This document shows, piece after piece, positions 15,148 to 23,406 of a DNA stretch of 24,000 bases. Numbering within the stretch: position 1 is the first letter of the stretch; every line of letters starts with the position of its first letter. Where the stretch lies: NCBI RefSeq assembly GCF_013791955.1, contig NZ_VMSW01000002.1. The stretch is one strand, 5' to 3'. The stretch is from Propionicimonas sp. Lineage in GTDB: Bacteria; Actinomycetota; Actinomycetes; Propionibacteriales; Propionibacteriaceae. The translations under genes and the position numbers were made by a program. The notes beneath the pieces are model-generated. The model ran no database searches and was not told the DNA's origin. It saw only the letters and a list, made by a program, of their open reading frames with translations.

Positions 15148-15731
15148 CCGGAGACCACCTGCCCACCGGCTTGCCACACTTTGAAGGCCTTCGCACCCTT
15201 GGCCTTGCGTAGCTCGTAGGTGCGGAGGAGGTAGGGGACGTGGACGGCGCTGTCTGTGATCTCAGCACCCTTTTTGTCCGTCACGCGGGTTGCCGTCTGG
15301 TCCTTGCAGAAGGTGACGGTGATGGACGTCGAGGTCCCGGCTGTGGTCGGGTCGCCGACTTTGGTGGTGACGATCTTCTGGTCACCCGTCTCCGACCACC
15401 CCGCCTGATTCCACTGGTTGCGGGCGGTGAGTGCGGCCTGGATCATCGGCGCGTCGCTGATCGGCTTGAGGATCTTGATCATGGTGAGCTGGCCGGTCAT
15501 TCGGGGGTCGTGTCGCATCCGCGCCAGCAGATTCTCAAAGGTGGTGGCGTTGGCGAGGGCTGTCGCTTGGTCCGGGCTGTAGGTGGGCGTCGGGTTCGGC
15601 GACGGCACTGGGGTGGCCGAAGGGGTGGCGGTCGGGTCGATCACCGCTTGGGAGGTCGTGCATCCAGCGAGGAGCACGGCGGCGAGCGCCGCAGCGGCGG
15701 CTGCGGTCCAAATGCGGGGGCGGGTACTCAT
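15141..15731 (-). CDS. lipoprotein of unknown function
   Basis: 196 aa from ATG 15731 (ATGA overlap with the previous stop). Lipobox LLAGC follows a signal-like N-terminus, then a Pro/Thr-rich linker. Confidence 0.75.
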   Translation of the reverse strand: MSTRPRIWTAAAAAALAAVLLAGCTTSQAVIDPTATPSATPVPSPNPTPTYSPDQATALANATTFENLLARMRHDPRMTGQLTMIKILKPISDAPMIQAALTARNQWNQAGWSETGDQKIVTTKVGDPTTAGTSTSITVTFCKDQTATRVTDKKGAEITDSAVHVPYLLRTYELRKAKGAKAFKVWQAGGQVVSGC

Positions 15732-18598
15732 TGGCCAATCGCTTTCTCCCACGCACGGTGGGGATCAGTGGCCAGGTCGGCCAGCAATTCGTTGGTCTCA
15801 GGCTCGAGTTCGAGGCCGAGCTCATCAGTCACGGCAAGGAGGCGCGCCTTTGCCTCTTCGAAGGCGGCGTGGTCGCCGGAGTGGTGCGCGGCCAGTATCC
15901 GCAGCCGCCACAGATGCTCCAGGGCTGGCTCGATCGCCAGCGCCACCACCACGGCGGCTTCCACACCGCGGCAGTCGTTGGCCATCAGACGCCGGCGGCC
16001 CAGCTCGTAGGAGGCCTCGACGATCTCGGCAGTCATCTGCTGCCGGGCGGGCTCGGCCCACGCGTAGCGGCGAGGATGCACACCGGCGAAGGGGCGGCCG
16101 CGGACGAGCTTGAGAGCGGCGTCCAGCTCGGCAGTGGAGGCGTGCTGGGCGCCGCGGTGCAGCAGCTGCTGCCACGTCGACCAATCACTGACCACCCCGC
16201 GCAGCTCGTACCGGTTCAGCGGCAGGTACAGCTCACCGACAGTGTTTTGCCCCAACCAACGCCGCAACTTGCTGGTCGAGGTGTTCCGCGTGGTGGTGTT
16301 GTCGTCACGGGCACGGTCGGGCCAGATCGCGGCATCGATCTCGCCAGCTGGTGAGGCGGGGTTGAGGTGGAGGTAGGTGGCGTACTCGAGCAGTCGGCGG
16401 CTCTTGGACGGCTCGACAGGGCCGTCAACGCCGTCAATCTCGACCGCACCCAGGAGCCGGATCGTGGGAACCGGGCCCGGCAGGGCGGTTACTGGCGCCG
16501 GATCCGCAGTTGCAGTCTCATCCTCGACGGCCGGAGCCTCTGGTGTGGTGTCGACCTGCTTGGTGGGCAGAGCGATCACCACACGCGACTCAGGAGCCGC
16601 AGGAGGGCTTTGGCCGTCCAAGACGGTGTCGAGGAAGCCTGGAGCGTCATGGGTGGCCACAGGGGCCTCCTGAACCGGCTCTGGGGCTGTGATGAGGTCG
16701 TCGTAGGTTGCTGCGGCGACCAGGTTCAGCATTTCGGTGTAGGCGGTCGCGGGGATTAGCTGCGGGGTGAGCCGCAAGCCGACTGGCTGGAGGGTGGCGC
16801 TGCGGTCGGGGTGCAGCTGCAGCGCCCACTCCCCCAGCGGCTCAATACCGGCACCGGTCACCGCGGCGATCGCGACCCGCGGCACATCCTCCACCAGCCC
16901 GGTCAGCAGGTTGCGGTGGCGGGCGGTGAGGTCGCCGGCGATGATCACGATCTCCGGCGACCAGGTCGACGGGGCGACCCGGCACAGGCGGGCGTCGGCC
17001 ACATCGTCAGCGCCGGCATCGGCCAGCGCCTGATGGTCGGCGGTGGTGCGGCCTTCCAGGTCGGCGATCGCGAGCTCAACGGTGGGCAGGTAGCGGACCC
17101 GTCCGGTCTGCAGAGCGCCCTCGAGCTCGGCGAAGGCCCCGACGACGGTGACGGTGAGGTCGTCGGCCCAGGGGCTGACGGCGAGCTCGATCGCCAATGC
17201 GGCCAGCGCTTCGCGGGTGGCCTCGGTGTCGCCGACGATTCCTAGCGACCCGAGGTTCTCTAGGTCGACCAACACGTTGGAGTGCTCCTCGTCCTCACCG
17301 ATCGTGACCAGCGACGGGTAAGGGGCGGGGATCTCCGACAGGTCCTCGCCGGGCATGTCCTCGGCATCAACGCCGTCCAGCATCCACACCGTGCCATCGG
17401 CGGTGCCCCGCCACGGCGCCGGCATATCGGCGGCATCGGTCAGGAATAGCTCGAAGCGGTCGGCGGACAGGCGGGCGGCGTGGATGGTCGGTAGCGCAGT
17501 GTCATCGGCGGCAAGGTCACGCGAAAGGGCGCGCAGGGCGGTGTCGACGATCGCCAAGCTGAGCGGGGCTGCGGCGGCGCGCAGTTGCTGCTCGGTGGCC
17601 GCGGCGGCGGGGTCGGGCATCGGGATCCGCAGACCGGGACGCCAAGCGCGCAGCTGCCGGCGGCGGCGGTAGGTGAGCAGGCTGATCACACCGGCAGCCA
17701 CCACGGTGCCCACCCCGGCACCGATCGCCCACAGCGGCACCGGGTCGGCCTCCACCGACGCGTCGACTGTCGGAGTGGCCGGAGACTGCGACTGCGCCGG
17801 CGCCGATTCAGCAGGGGCTGCTGGGGCCTCTTGCGGGGCTGGGGCTTGCTGCTGGACCGGTGCGGTGGCCGGCGGAGTCTCCACCGGAGCCGAATCCGTG
17901 GGTGCCTGGGTGGCCGGCTGGTCGCCGTGTTTGTGCTCGCCCCCGCCGGTGGCCTTCTGTGGCACCTCGAGGGTCCAGCCGATATCGATCATGTCCGGAT
18001 CCTGCAGGCTTTCACCGCCAGGCTGGCGAATGTCGGTGGATGCCTTGTAGATCTGGGGCCATTTGTGGGCGTCACCCAAGTGCTTCTCGGCGAGCTCGCT
18101 GAGGGTGTCGCCCTTGTGCACCGTGATCTTCTTCACGTGCGCAGGCGCGGCCTTGTCCTTGACGACGGGCGCCGTCGGAGCATGGCTGGCGCCAGCCGCC
18201 GGCGGCGGCGTGATTGGCGCTGCAGCAGCCGATGTGATCGACCCGAGCATCGGAGCCGCCATGAATAGCACCGCGGCGCCGGCAACCATCTGTCGCGCCG
18301 CGGCCTGACCCAGCTGCATGCCGGGGATCCGGGGTGCCGGCGTGCGCCGCACCGCAGCGACGATCTCGACCAGGATCGCGGCGGCCAGATACGCCCACGC
18401 CACCCAGGCCACCACCGTCAGCAGCGCGGAGATCAGCGTGCCGTCATCAGGCATCGACAAGCGCACCCACAGGTCCGGCCACGACACAATCCCCGCCCGG
18501 GCAGGGTTGAACCCGACCAGCAGCAGCGCTGCCGGCACACCGGCAATAACCACCAGTAGGCCGAGCAGTGAGCTGAGTCCCACAATCAGACGCCGCAT
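15728..18598 (-). CDS. polytopic membrane protein with extracellular LysM and cytoplasmic winged-helix + BTAD (SARP-like) domains
   Basis: 956-aa ORF with GAAGGG upstream. It has three N-terminal TM helices, LysM (ITVHKGDTLSELAEKHLGDAHKWPQIYKAS...IGWTLEVP), a Pro/Ala-rich linker and a fourth TM (LWAIGAGVGTVVAAGVISLLTYRRRRQLR). The C-terminus carries RLLGAVEIDG...IDAAIWPDR...TSKLRRWL...LKLVRGRPFAGVHPRRYAWA. Confidence 0.9.
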   Translation of the reverse strand: MRRLIVGLSSLLGLLVVIAGVPAALLLVGFNPARAGIVSWPDLWVRLSMPDDGTLISALLTVVAWVAWAYLAAAILVEIVAAVRRTPAPRIPGMQLGQAAARQMVAGAAVLFMAAPMLGSITSAAAAPITPPPAAGASHAPTAPVVKDKAAPAHVKKITVHKGDTLSELAEKHLGDAHKWPQIYKASTDIRQPGGESLQDPDMIDIGWTLEVPQKATGGGEHKHGDQPATQAPTDSAPVETPPATAPVQQQAPAPQEAPAAPAESAPAQSQSPATPTVDASVEADPVPLWAIGAGVGTVVAAGVISLLTYRRRRQLRAWRPGLRIPMPDPAAAATEQQLRAAAAPLSLAIVDTALRALSRDLAADDTALPTIHAARLSADRFELFLTDAADMPAPWRGTADGTVWMLDGVDAEDMPGEDLSEIPAPYPSLVTIGEDEEHSNVLVDLENLGSLGIVGDTEATREALAALAIELAVSPWADDLTVTVVGAFAELEGALQTGRVRYLPTVELAIADLEGRTTADHQALADAGADDVADARLCRVAPSTWSPEIVIIAGDLTARHRNLLTGLVEDVPRVAIAAVTGAGIEPLGEWALQLHPDRSATLQPVGLRLTPQLIPATAYTEMLNLVAAATYDDLITAPEPVQEAPVATHDAPGFLDTVLDGQSPPAAPESRVVIALPTKQVDTTPEAPAVEDETATADPAPVTALPGPVPTIRLLGAVEIDGVDGPVEPSKSRRLLEYATYLHLNPASPAGEIDAAIWPDRARDDNTTTRNTSTSKLRRWLGQNTVGELYLPLNRYELRGVVSDWSTWQQLLHRGAQHASTAELDAALKLVRGRPFAGVHPRRYAWAEPARQQMTAEIVEASYELGRRRLMANDCRGVEAAVVVALAIEPALEHLWRLRILAAHHSGDHAAFEEAKARLLAVTDELGLELEPETNELLADLATDPHRAWEKAIGQ

Positions 18599-18612
18599 TT
18601 TCGTGCCCTTCG

Positions 18613-19026
18613 CTATGACTTCGTGACTCGGGTAGAGCTGATTTCCGCCGACCCATCAGCGGACAGGGATCCGATCCCCACTGCGGACAGGAAGATCGGG
18701 TGATATTGGGTCTGGACTGTGATCCTGATTTTGTCGCCTGACACTGACACCGTTCCGGTCGCACCGGCCGCCGCGATGTACTTCTCCGCAGCCACGCGCG
18801 CCGAGGCCGGATCGACCTTCACGTCCTTGGCGCCCTGGATCAGGGAGGTCGCGTCCAGCTGTTGCCCGGCCTGTCGCGCAGCCTGCGCCGCGATCTGGTC
18901 AGCCTCCTGGGTGGCTTTGATCGCACCGCCGCCGTCGACCACCAGGCCGATCACCATGAAGAACGCCACAGCCAACACCGCGTAGAACAGCGATGCCGAG
19001 CCGCGCTCACCACGACGCTTGTTCAT
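18613..19026 (-). CDS. TadG-like / TadE-family pseudopilin-like protein
   Basis: 137 aa from ATG 19026 (ATGA overlap). N-terminal ERGSASLFYAVLAVAFFMVIGLVVDGG. The upstream part of the listed 319-aa ORF was rejected. Confidence 0.7.
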   Translation of the reverse strand: MNKRRGERGSASLFYAVLAVAFFMVIGLVVDGGGAIKATQEADQIAAQAARQAGQQLDATSLIQGAKDVKVDPASARVAAEKYIAAAGATGTVSVSGDKIRITVQTQYHPIFLSAVGIGSLSADGSAEISSTRVTKS

Positions 19027-19439
19027 TTCCGCTCCCTGAAGTTGTCCAGCGGGCTCGTGGCCGAAGCGGTGAGGCTCAGGCTGCCGGGCATCCCGATCAG
19101 ACCAGCCATGCTCACATCGCACGTCACAGTGGCGCGCACCATGGCCGCCTGGCCAACCGCGGTTGCGAAGCCGGAGGTGTCCACGTCGACCTGAGTCGAC
19201 GCGCACCGCAAGTCCTGATTCAGCAGAGTCGCGGATGCAGTCGCAGCAGCCGAAGACTTCGCTGCTGACGCGGTGCGTTCGATCGAGGCCGCCCGGGCAG
19301 CTGAAGCCGCGGCGGCATTCACTGTCTGGGTGGCCAACGCGTACCGGCCGGCGAAGATCATCAAGGCGATGACCGCCAAGATCGCTGGTGCCACAATCGC
19401 CATTTCCAGCGCAGCCGAGCCGCGCTCCCCCGCCTTCAT
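19023..19439 (-). CDS. TadE-like pilus assembly protein
   Basis: 138 aa from ATG 19439. N-terminal ERGSAALEMAIVAPAILAVIALMIFAGRY is a typical TadE N-terminal segment. Confidence 0.75.
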   Translation of the reverse strand: MKAGERGSAALEMAIVAPAILAVIALMIFAGRYALATQTVNAAAASAARAASIERTASAAKSSAAATASATLLNQDLRCASTQVDVDTSGFATAVGQAAMVRATVTCDVSMAGLIGMPGSLSLTASATSPLDNFRERK

Positions 19440-19828
19440 CAGGTCGTCCTCTCCACTGGCAAGGTCGCCGACTGGCTGATCGGTAGATGCAGCCATGGCA
19501 CCAGCACTGTCGACTCACCTTCGACAACCACAGTGGTCGAGGTTGCGCCGCGTGTGGCCTCCACCGAGCCAACCTTGAAGAATCCCGACCCTGTCCGGGT
19601 GGCGAAGCTCACAGCAGCCGAGCGTCCAGCTGAAGAAGTGCCATCCTGCGACGCCGAGGCTCGAGCACCCTCCTCGGCGGCTGCGATCGCCACGTCACGG
19701 GCGTGGTACCACAAGCCGCCTTGGATGATGACGCCGGCCAGCGCGAGCATGGCCGGGGCCAGGATCGCGGTCTGCAGCGCAGCATTGCCACGCTGGTCAC
19801 CGGAGCGGGAGTGGGTGGGGGTGGTCAT
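19439..19828 (-). CDS. TadE-like pilus assembly protein
   Basis: 129-aa ORF. QRGNAALQTAILAPAMLALAGVIIQGGLWYHARDVAIAAAEEGAR matches the TadE pattern. Confidence 0.75.
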   Translation of the reverse strand: MTTPTHSRSGDQRGNAALQTAILAPAMLALAGVIIQGGLWYHARDVAIAAAEEGARASASQDGTSSAGRSAAVSFATRTGSGFFKVGSVEATRGATSTTVVVEGESTVLVPWLHLPISQSATLPVERTT

Positions 19829-19837
19829 GGTCAGTGG

Positions 19838-20038
19838 CTATCCGTGGATCTGCGCGATGTAGCTGTTGGTCGTTCCGCTCAGCGCGGCGACGACTGCGAT
19901 GGCGATCGCAAGCACAGCGGCAGCGATTACGGCGAAGGCGATCACTTCCGATCCCCGCTCCGAGTCGGACCGGATGGCGTCAACCTTGGCCGGGAGAGTG
20001 ATGGTCAACATCAAATGCAATGCGGTGAAGAACTTCAT
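19838..20038 (-). CDS. flp: Flp-type prepilin (atypical motif)
   Basis: 66 aa from ATG 20038 with GGAGGGA 7 nt upstream. It has a leader, then ERG/SEVIAFAVIAAAVLAIAIAVVAAL. It sits between tadC and the tadE-like genes. Confidence 0.7.
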   Translation of the reverse strand: MKFFTALHLMLTITLPAKVDAIRSDSERGSEVIAFAVIAAAVLAIAIAVVAALSGTTNSYIAQIHG

Positions 20039-20120
20039 ATTGATCCCTCCGAATGTTGTCCCTGATAAGGGGGTGATGGAAACAGTGTTCCAGGGGGGTG
20101 GTTGATAGCGCACCCCACCG

Positions 20121-21020
20121 TCAGCTGGGGTGGATCAGGCGAAGGAACGCCGGAGTGGCGAGCATCACCGTGAAGATCAGTGCGAGAGCGGCGGCCGGAT
20201 ACGAGATTTGGGTGGTGGTGCTGTTGGCCTGAGCCAAGTCGGTGTTCATGAGTGAGTTGCGCATCGAGGTGGCTGTGGCTCGCAGGGTTGTGTACACCGC
20301 GGCGTTGTCCTCAGCCGACATTCGCATGATGTCGGCCAGGTCTGATAGCCCCGGCACATCCAGGCTTTCAGACAGATCCCGTAGGGCGTCCCACGGGCTG
20401 GTGCCGGAGAGCTTGGAGGCGAGGAGCGACTCGCGGATCCTGGTGAAGGCCCACGAGTCGCCGGTGTTGGCCGCGACCTCCATCGCTTGGCGAGTTTGGG
20501 CGCCGGAATTGCGGGCGATCGCGACCAGGTCAAGGTAGGCGCTGAGCGCATGGGCGAACTCCACCCTCGCAGCGGCAGCGCGGCGCTTGACGTCCATGTC
20601 GGGAAGGAAGCTCAGCGCCACCGCGGCAGCAAGGGAAGCTGCGGCCGGGATCACAAATGGGATCGGGATCCGGAGCACGGTAGCTGCGGCTCCAAAAAGT
20701 AGCGGCAGGATCAGGCCGACGGCGGCGTGGGCCGCTTTGTCGGCGTAGAAGCGGTGGAGCGGAATCTGTAGCAGGTCCAGATCCTTGGTCGGAGGTTTGA
20801 CCCAGAGGCTTAGTGGCAGGTGGCGCATGAGCCATACTCCGACTCGGTCGGTGTAGTCAGATACCTCAATCGGCACGGTCCGGGACAGCCGGGCTGAGGG
20901 GCTCAGTTGGCCGAGAAACTCGCCCAGGGCGGGACGGGTGGGCGCGAACGCCAGGAGTGCGGCGGCAAGGCCCGTGCCGACGAGAAGTCCGGCGAATATC
21001 GCAAGGTTCATTGTGGTCAT
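20121..21020 (-). CDS. tadC: TadC-like (T2SS F-family) inner-membrane platform protein
   Basis: 299-aa polytopic ORF with an ATGA overlap with tadB. Position and size are typical of the second platform protein. Confidence 0.8.
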   Translation of the reverse strand: MTTMNLAIFAGLLVGTGLAAALLAFAPTRPALGEFLGQLSPSARLSRTVPIEVSDYTDRVGVWLMRHLPLSLWVKPPTKDLDLLQIPLHRFYADKAAHAAVGLILPLLFGAAATVLRIPIPFVIPAAASLAAAVALSFLPDMDVKRRAAAARVEFAHALSAYLDLVAIARNSGAQTRQAMEVAANTGDSWAFTRIRESLLASKLSGTSPWDALRDLSESLDVPGLSDLADIMRMSAEDNAAVYTTLRATATSMRNSLMNTDLAQANSTTTQISYPAAALALIFTVMLATPAFLRLIHPS

Positions 21021-21880
21021 TTCTCTCCTCCCACCACGGTCAGGAAGCGGGGTGGCCGTTTGACTTCTGCGAGGCGTTTCATCCAGATCAGGCTGGCTGC
21101 ATAGAGCACCAGCATCACGCCGAGGATCACTTGGCCCGACGGGGAGCGGTAGGGGTCGACATAGTCGCCGACGAAGAACAGTGCGGCGATGACGACTGCG
21201 GTCAGGCCGGTCACGCCGCGGGCTGTGGTGCGGGCGGTGGCGCGGCTTGCGACCACGCTGCGGCGGGCGGCCATGTCTTCATCGAGGGAGGTCGCGAGGT
21301 CGGAAAGCACTCCTGATAGCGCCGCGCCTCGGCGGTCAGCGCCGAGCATGAGGGTGCACACGATTTTGTCGGTGATCGGGTCATTCATTTCATCGGCGAA
21401 GGCGCGCAGTGCGACGGTGGTTGGGATCCGTGACGAGATGCGTGCGTTGAGGCGCTGTACCTCGGGCCGGATCTCTGGTGCGGTCGACCTGAGGCTAGAC
21501 CACAGGGCCTGCTCCAGTGAGGCGCCTGCGCCCATGCTGCCTGAGAGGGCTGATACCCATTTCCCCATTGCTTCGATGCGGGCCTGCTGCCGGGTTTCGG
21601 TGCGGGTGTCGAAGAGGTAGGGCAGGCCGATCGCGGCGGCGGGGAGCAGGATGATCAGGATCCACCAGCCTGTGGTGATCGCCAAGACCAAACCAGCAGC
21701 GATTGTGACGGCAAGGAGCAGCCGCGTCCGGCGGTCCAGGCGCGATAGTTGCCGGATCCTCGGCAGCGCGCGTCTGGTGGTGGGCCGTTCGGGGAGGTGG
21801 TTGGTAAGCGTGGCCGCGACGAGCACCACGCCAATCAAGATGAGCATCGCCGCAGCGGCAGCGATCAGAGGCCAGTTCAC
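21017..21880 (-). CDS. tadB: TadB-like (T2SS F-family) inner-membrane platform protein
   Basis: 287-aa polytopic ORF. GTG start overlaps the tadA stop (GTGA). Confidence 0.8.
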   Translation of the reverse strand: MNWPLIAAAAAMLILIGVVLVAATLTNHLPERPTTRRALPRIRQLSRLDRRTRLLLAVTIAAGLVLAITTGWWILIILLPAAAIGLPYLFDTRTETRQQARIEAMGKWVSALSGSMGAGASLEQALWSSLRSTAPEIRPEVQRLNARISSRIPTTVALRAFADEMNDPITDKIVCTLMLGADRRGAALSGVLSDLATSLDEDMAARRSVVASRATARTTARGVTGLTAVVIAALFFVGDYVDPYRSPSGQVILGVMLVLYAASLIWMKRLAEVKRPPRFLTVVGGEK

Positions 21881-23406
21881 CGCCCACCGCCTTGGTTGAA
21901 GCCATCGATGTCAAAGCCGTGCTCGGCTAGATCCAGCAGATGATCGGGGAGGATGTCGGGGACGGCGCGGCCGTCGGGGCCGGGGCTGAAGATGTCGGTG
22001 AAGTTGGGGCCTTCTGGGCTCCAACCGACAGAGACCACTTCGGTAACGAAGCGGGAGCGGTGTGCGAAGTTCTCCTCCCCCGGTGCCAGCGGTGACTGGT
22101 CGCGCTTGATGTAGACCATCAGGTCGACGTGTTGCGCGATGGCTTTCTCTGCGTACGTCTCGGAGATGTTGGGGCCAGATTTGAGCGCGCAGGTGACGAG
22201 TTTGGACAGGATGTCGCGTGCGCTGCGGGCGTGAGTGGTGGAGATGGTGCCGCGTCCGGAAATCATGGCCTCGATCATTTCCAGGATTTCGTCGCCTCGG
22301 ACCTCGCCGACAACGTAGCGATCCAAGTTGTACCTGAAGCTGGGTTTGAGGAGGTCGCGCAGGGTGATCTCGCCAGGCCTGCGGCCGTCGGCTGTGACTT
22401 CGCCGGAGCCGGGGCGGGCTTCCCACGGGATGACGCGGGCGTGGTTGTCGAGTTTGTCGAGGTGCAGCTCCCGTTCGGTCTCGAATGTACCGACCTTCTC
22501 CCAAGACCCGAAGGCGGCACAGAGTGCGCGGGCGAGGGTGGTTTTGCCTGCGCTGGGGAATCCACCGATGACCCAGCTCTTGCCTGCGCGGACGCTGGCC
22601 GTCATGAAGCTGGCGAGGACAGGGCTGACAGTCTTTGAGGCCACCAAGGTGTTGAGGTCGATGTTGGTGAGTCGGTGCCGGCGAATCTGGAGGGCGGGGC
22701 GGGGTGTTACCCAGGCGGTCGCGGCGAGACGTGATCCGTCTTGGTCGAGCTCGAGGTCCAGCCAGGGCACGGCTTCGCTAAACGGGCGCCCGTGGCGGCT
22801 GGCCAGAAACTGGAGATCAGCGATGAGTTCGGCGTCTGATGCCGCAATCATGGGGCCGCGGCGTAACTCGCCAGTGGCGTCCTCCAGCACCACGTTGTCG
22901 TGGCCGATCGCTTCGATGTTCTCTACATCCGTCTGACGCAAGAGCGGGGAGATGCGGCCCAGTCCGAAGAGTGCGTCGATAACTGCCTGGACGGTGGCGT
23001 GTTGTTCTTGGACCGACATTGCTTGGCCGATGCCGGAGTGCAGCACGTCGGAGGCGTGCTCCTGGAGGAGTTCGGCGACGATGTCTCCGCCCGCTTGACG
23101 CTCGTCGAAGCTTTCGCCCGCTTTGGCGGCGGCGAGCTGAGCTTCAGTGAGCCGATCGGCGGCCTTGGATCGCATTTCTCGGATAAGTGCCCAGTCCAGG
23201 TCATCGGAGGATGTCAACGCAGCGTGGACGGTCTCTTGGACGGCGCGGCGTGCGGTGGTGAGCTGTGACGCTGGCACGGTGCTGGGGACTGCCGGGGTGG
23301 CCGTTCCGAATCGGAGCTGAATCGGGGACGCAACCGGAGACTCAAACAGCGGCAGAGTGGCCAGGCCGCCGGGTTGTGGGGCGTCCGGAACGGAGTTGAG
23401 GGTCAT
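21877..23406 (-). CDS. tadA: TadA/CpaF-family secretion ATPase
   Basis: 509 aa from ATG 23406 (ATGA overlap with the upstream gene). Walker A GGFPSAGKTTLARAL, VVGEVRGDE and the GRGTISTTHA His box are present. The 160 upstream codons of the listed ORF are R/P/H-rich and were rejected. Confidence 0.9.
   Translation of the reverse strand: MTLNSVPDAPQPGGLATLPLFESPVASPIQLRFGTATPAVPSTVPASQLTTARRAVQETVHAALTSSDDLDWALIREMRSKAADRLTEAQLAAAKAGESFDERQAGGDIVAELLQEHASDVLHSGIGQAMSVQEQHATVQAVIDALFGLGRISPLLRQTDVENIEAIGHDNVVLEDATGELRRGPMIAASDAELIADLQFLASRHGRPFSEAVPWLDLELDQDGSRLAATAWVTPRPALQIRRHRLTNIDLNTLVASKTVSPVLASFMTASVRAGKSWVIGGFPSAGKTTLARALCAAFGSWEKVGTFETERELHLDKLDNHARVIPWEARPGSGEVTADGRRPGEITLRDLLKPSFRYNLDRYVVGEVRGDEILEMIEAMISGRGTISTTHARSARDILSKLVTCALKSGPNISETYAEKAIAQHVDLMVYIKRDQSPLAPGEENFAHRSRFVTEVVSVGWSPEGPNFTDIFSPGPDGRAVPDILPDHLLDLAEHGFDIDGFNQGGGR

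Noticed and set aside
18613-19572. A 319-aa ORF suggesting a large TadG-like protein. The 308-aa ORF 13919-14845 and the 232-aa ORF 9844-10542 are comparable cases.
   Set aside because: In each case the N-terminal portion overlaps a well-supported neighbouring gene in another frame and is Arg/Gly/Cys-rich. An internal ATG that forms a stop-start junction gives a sensible protein.
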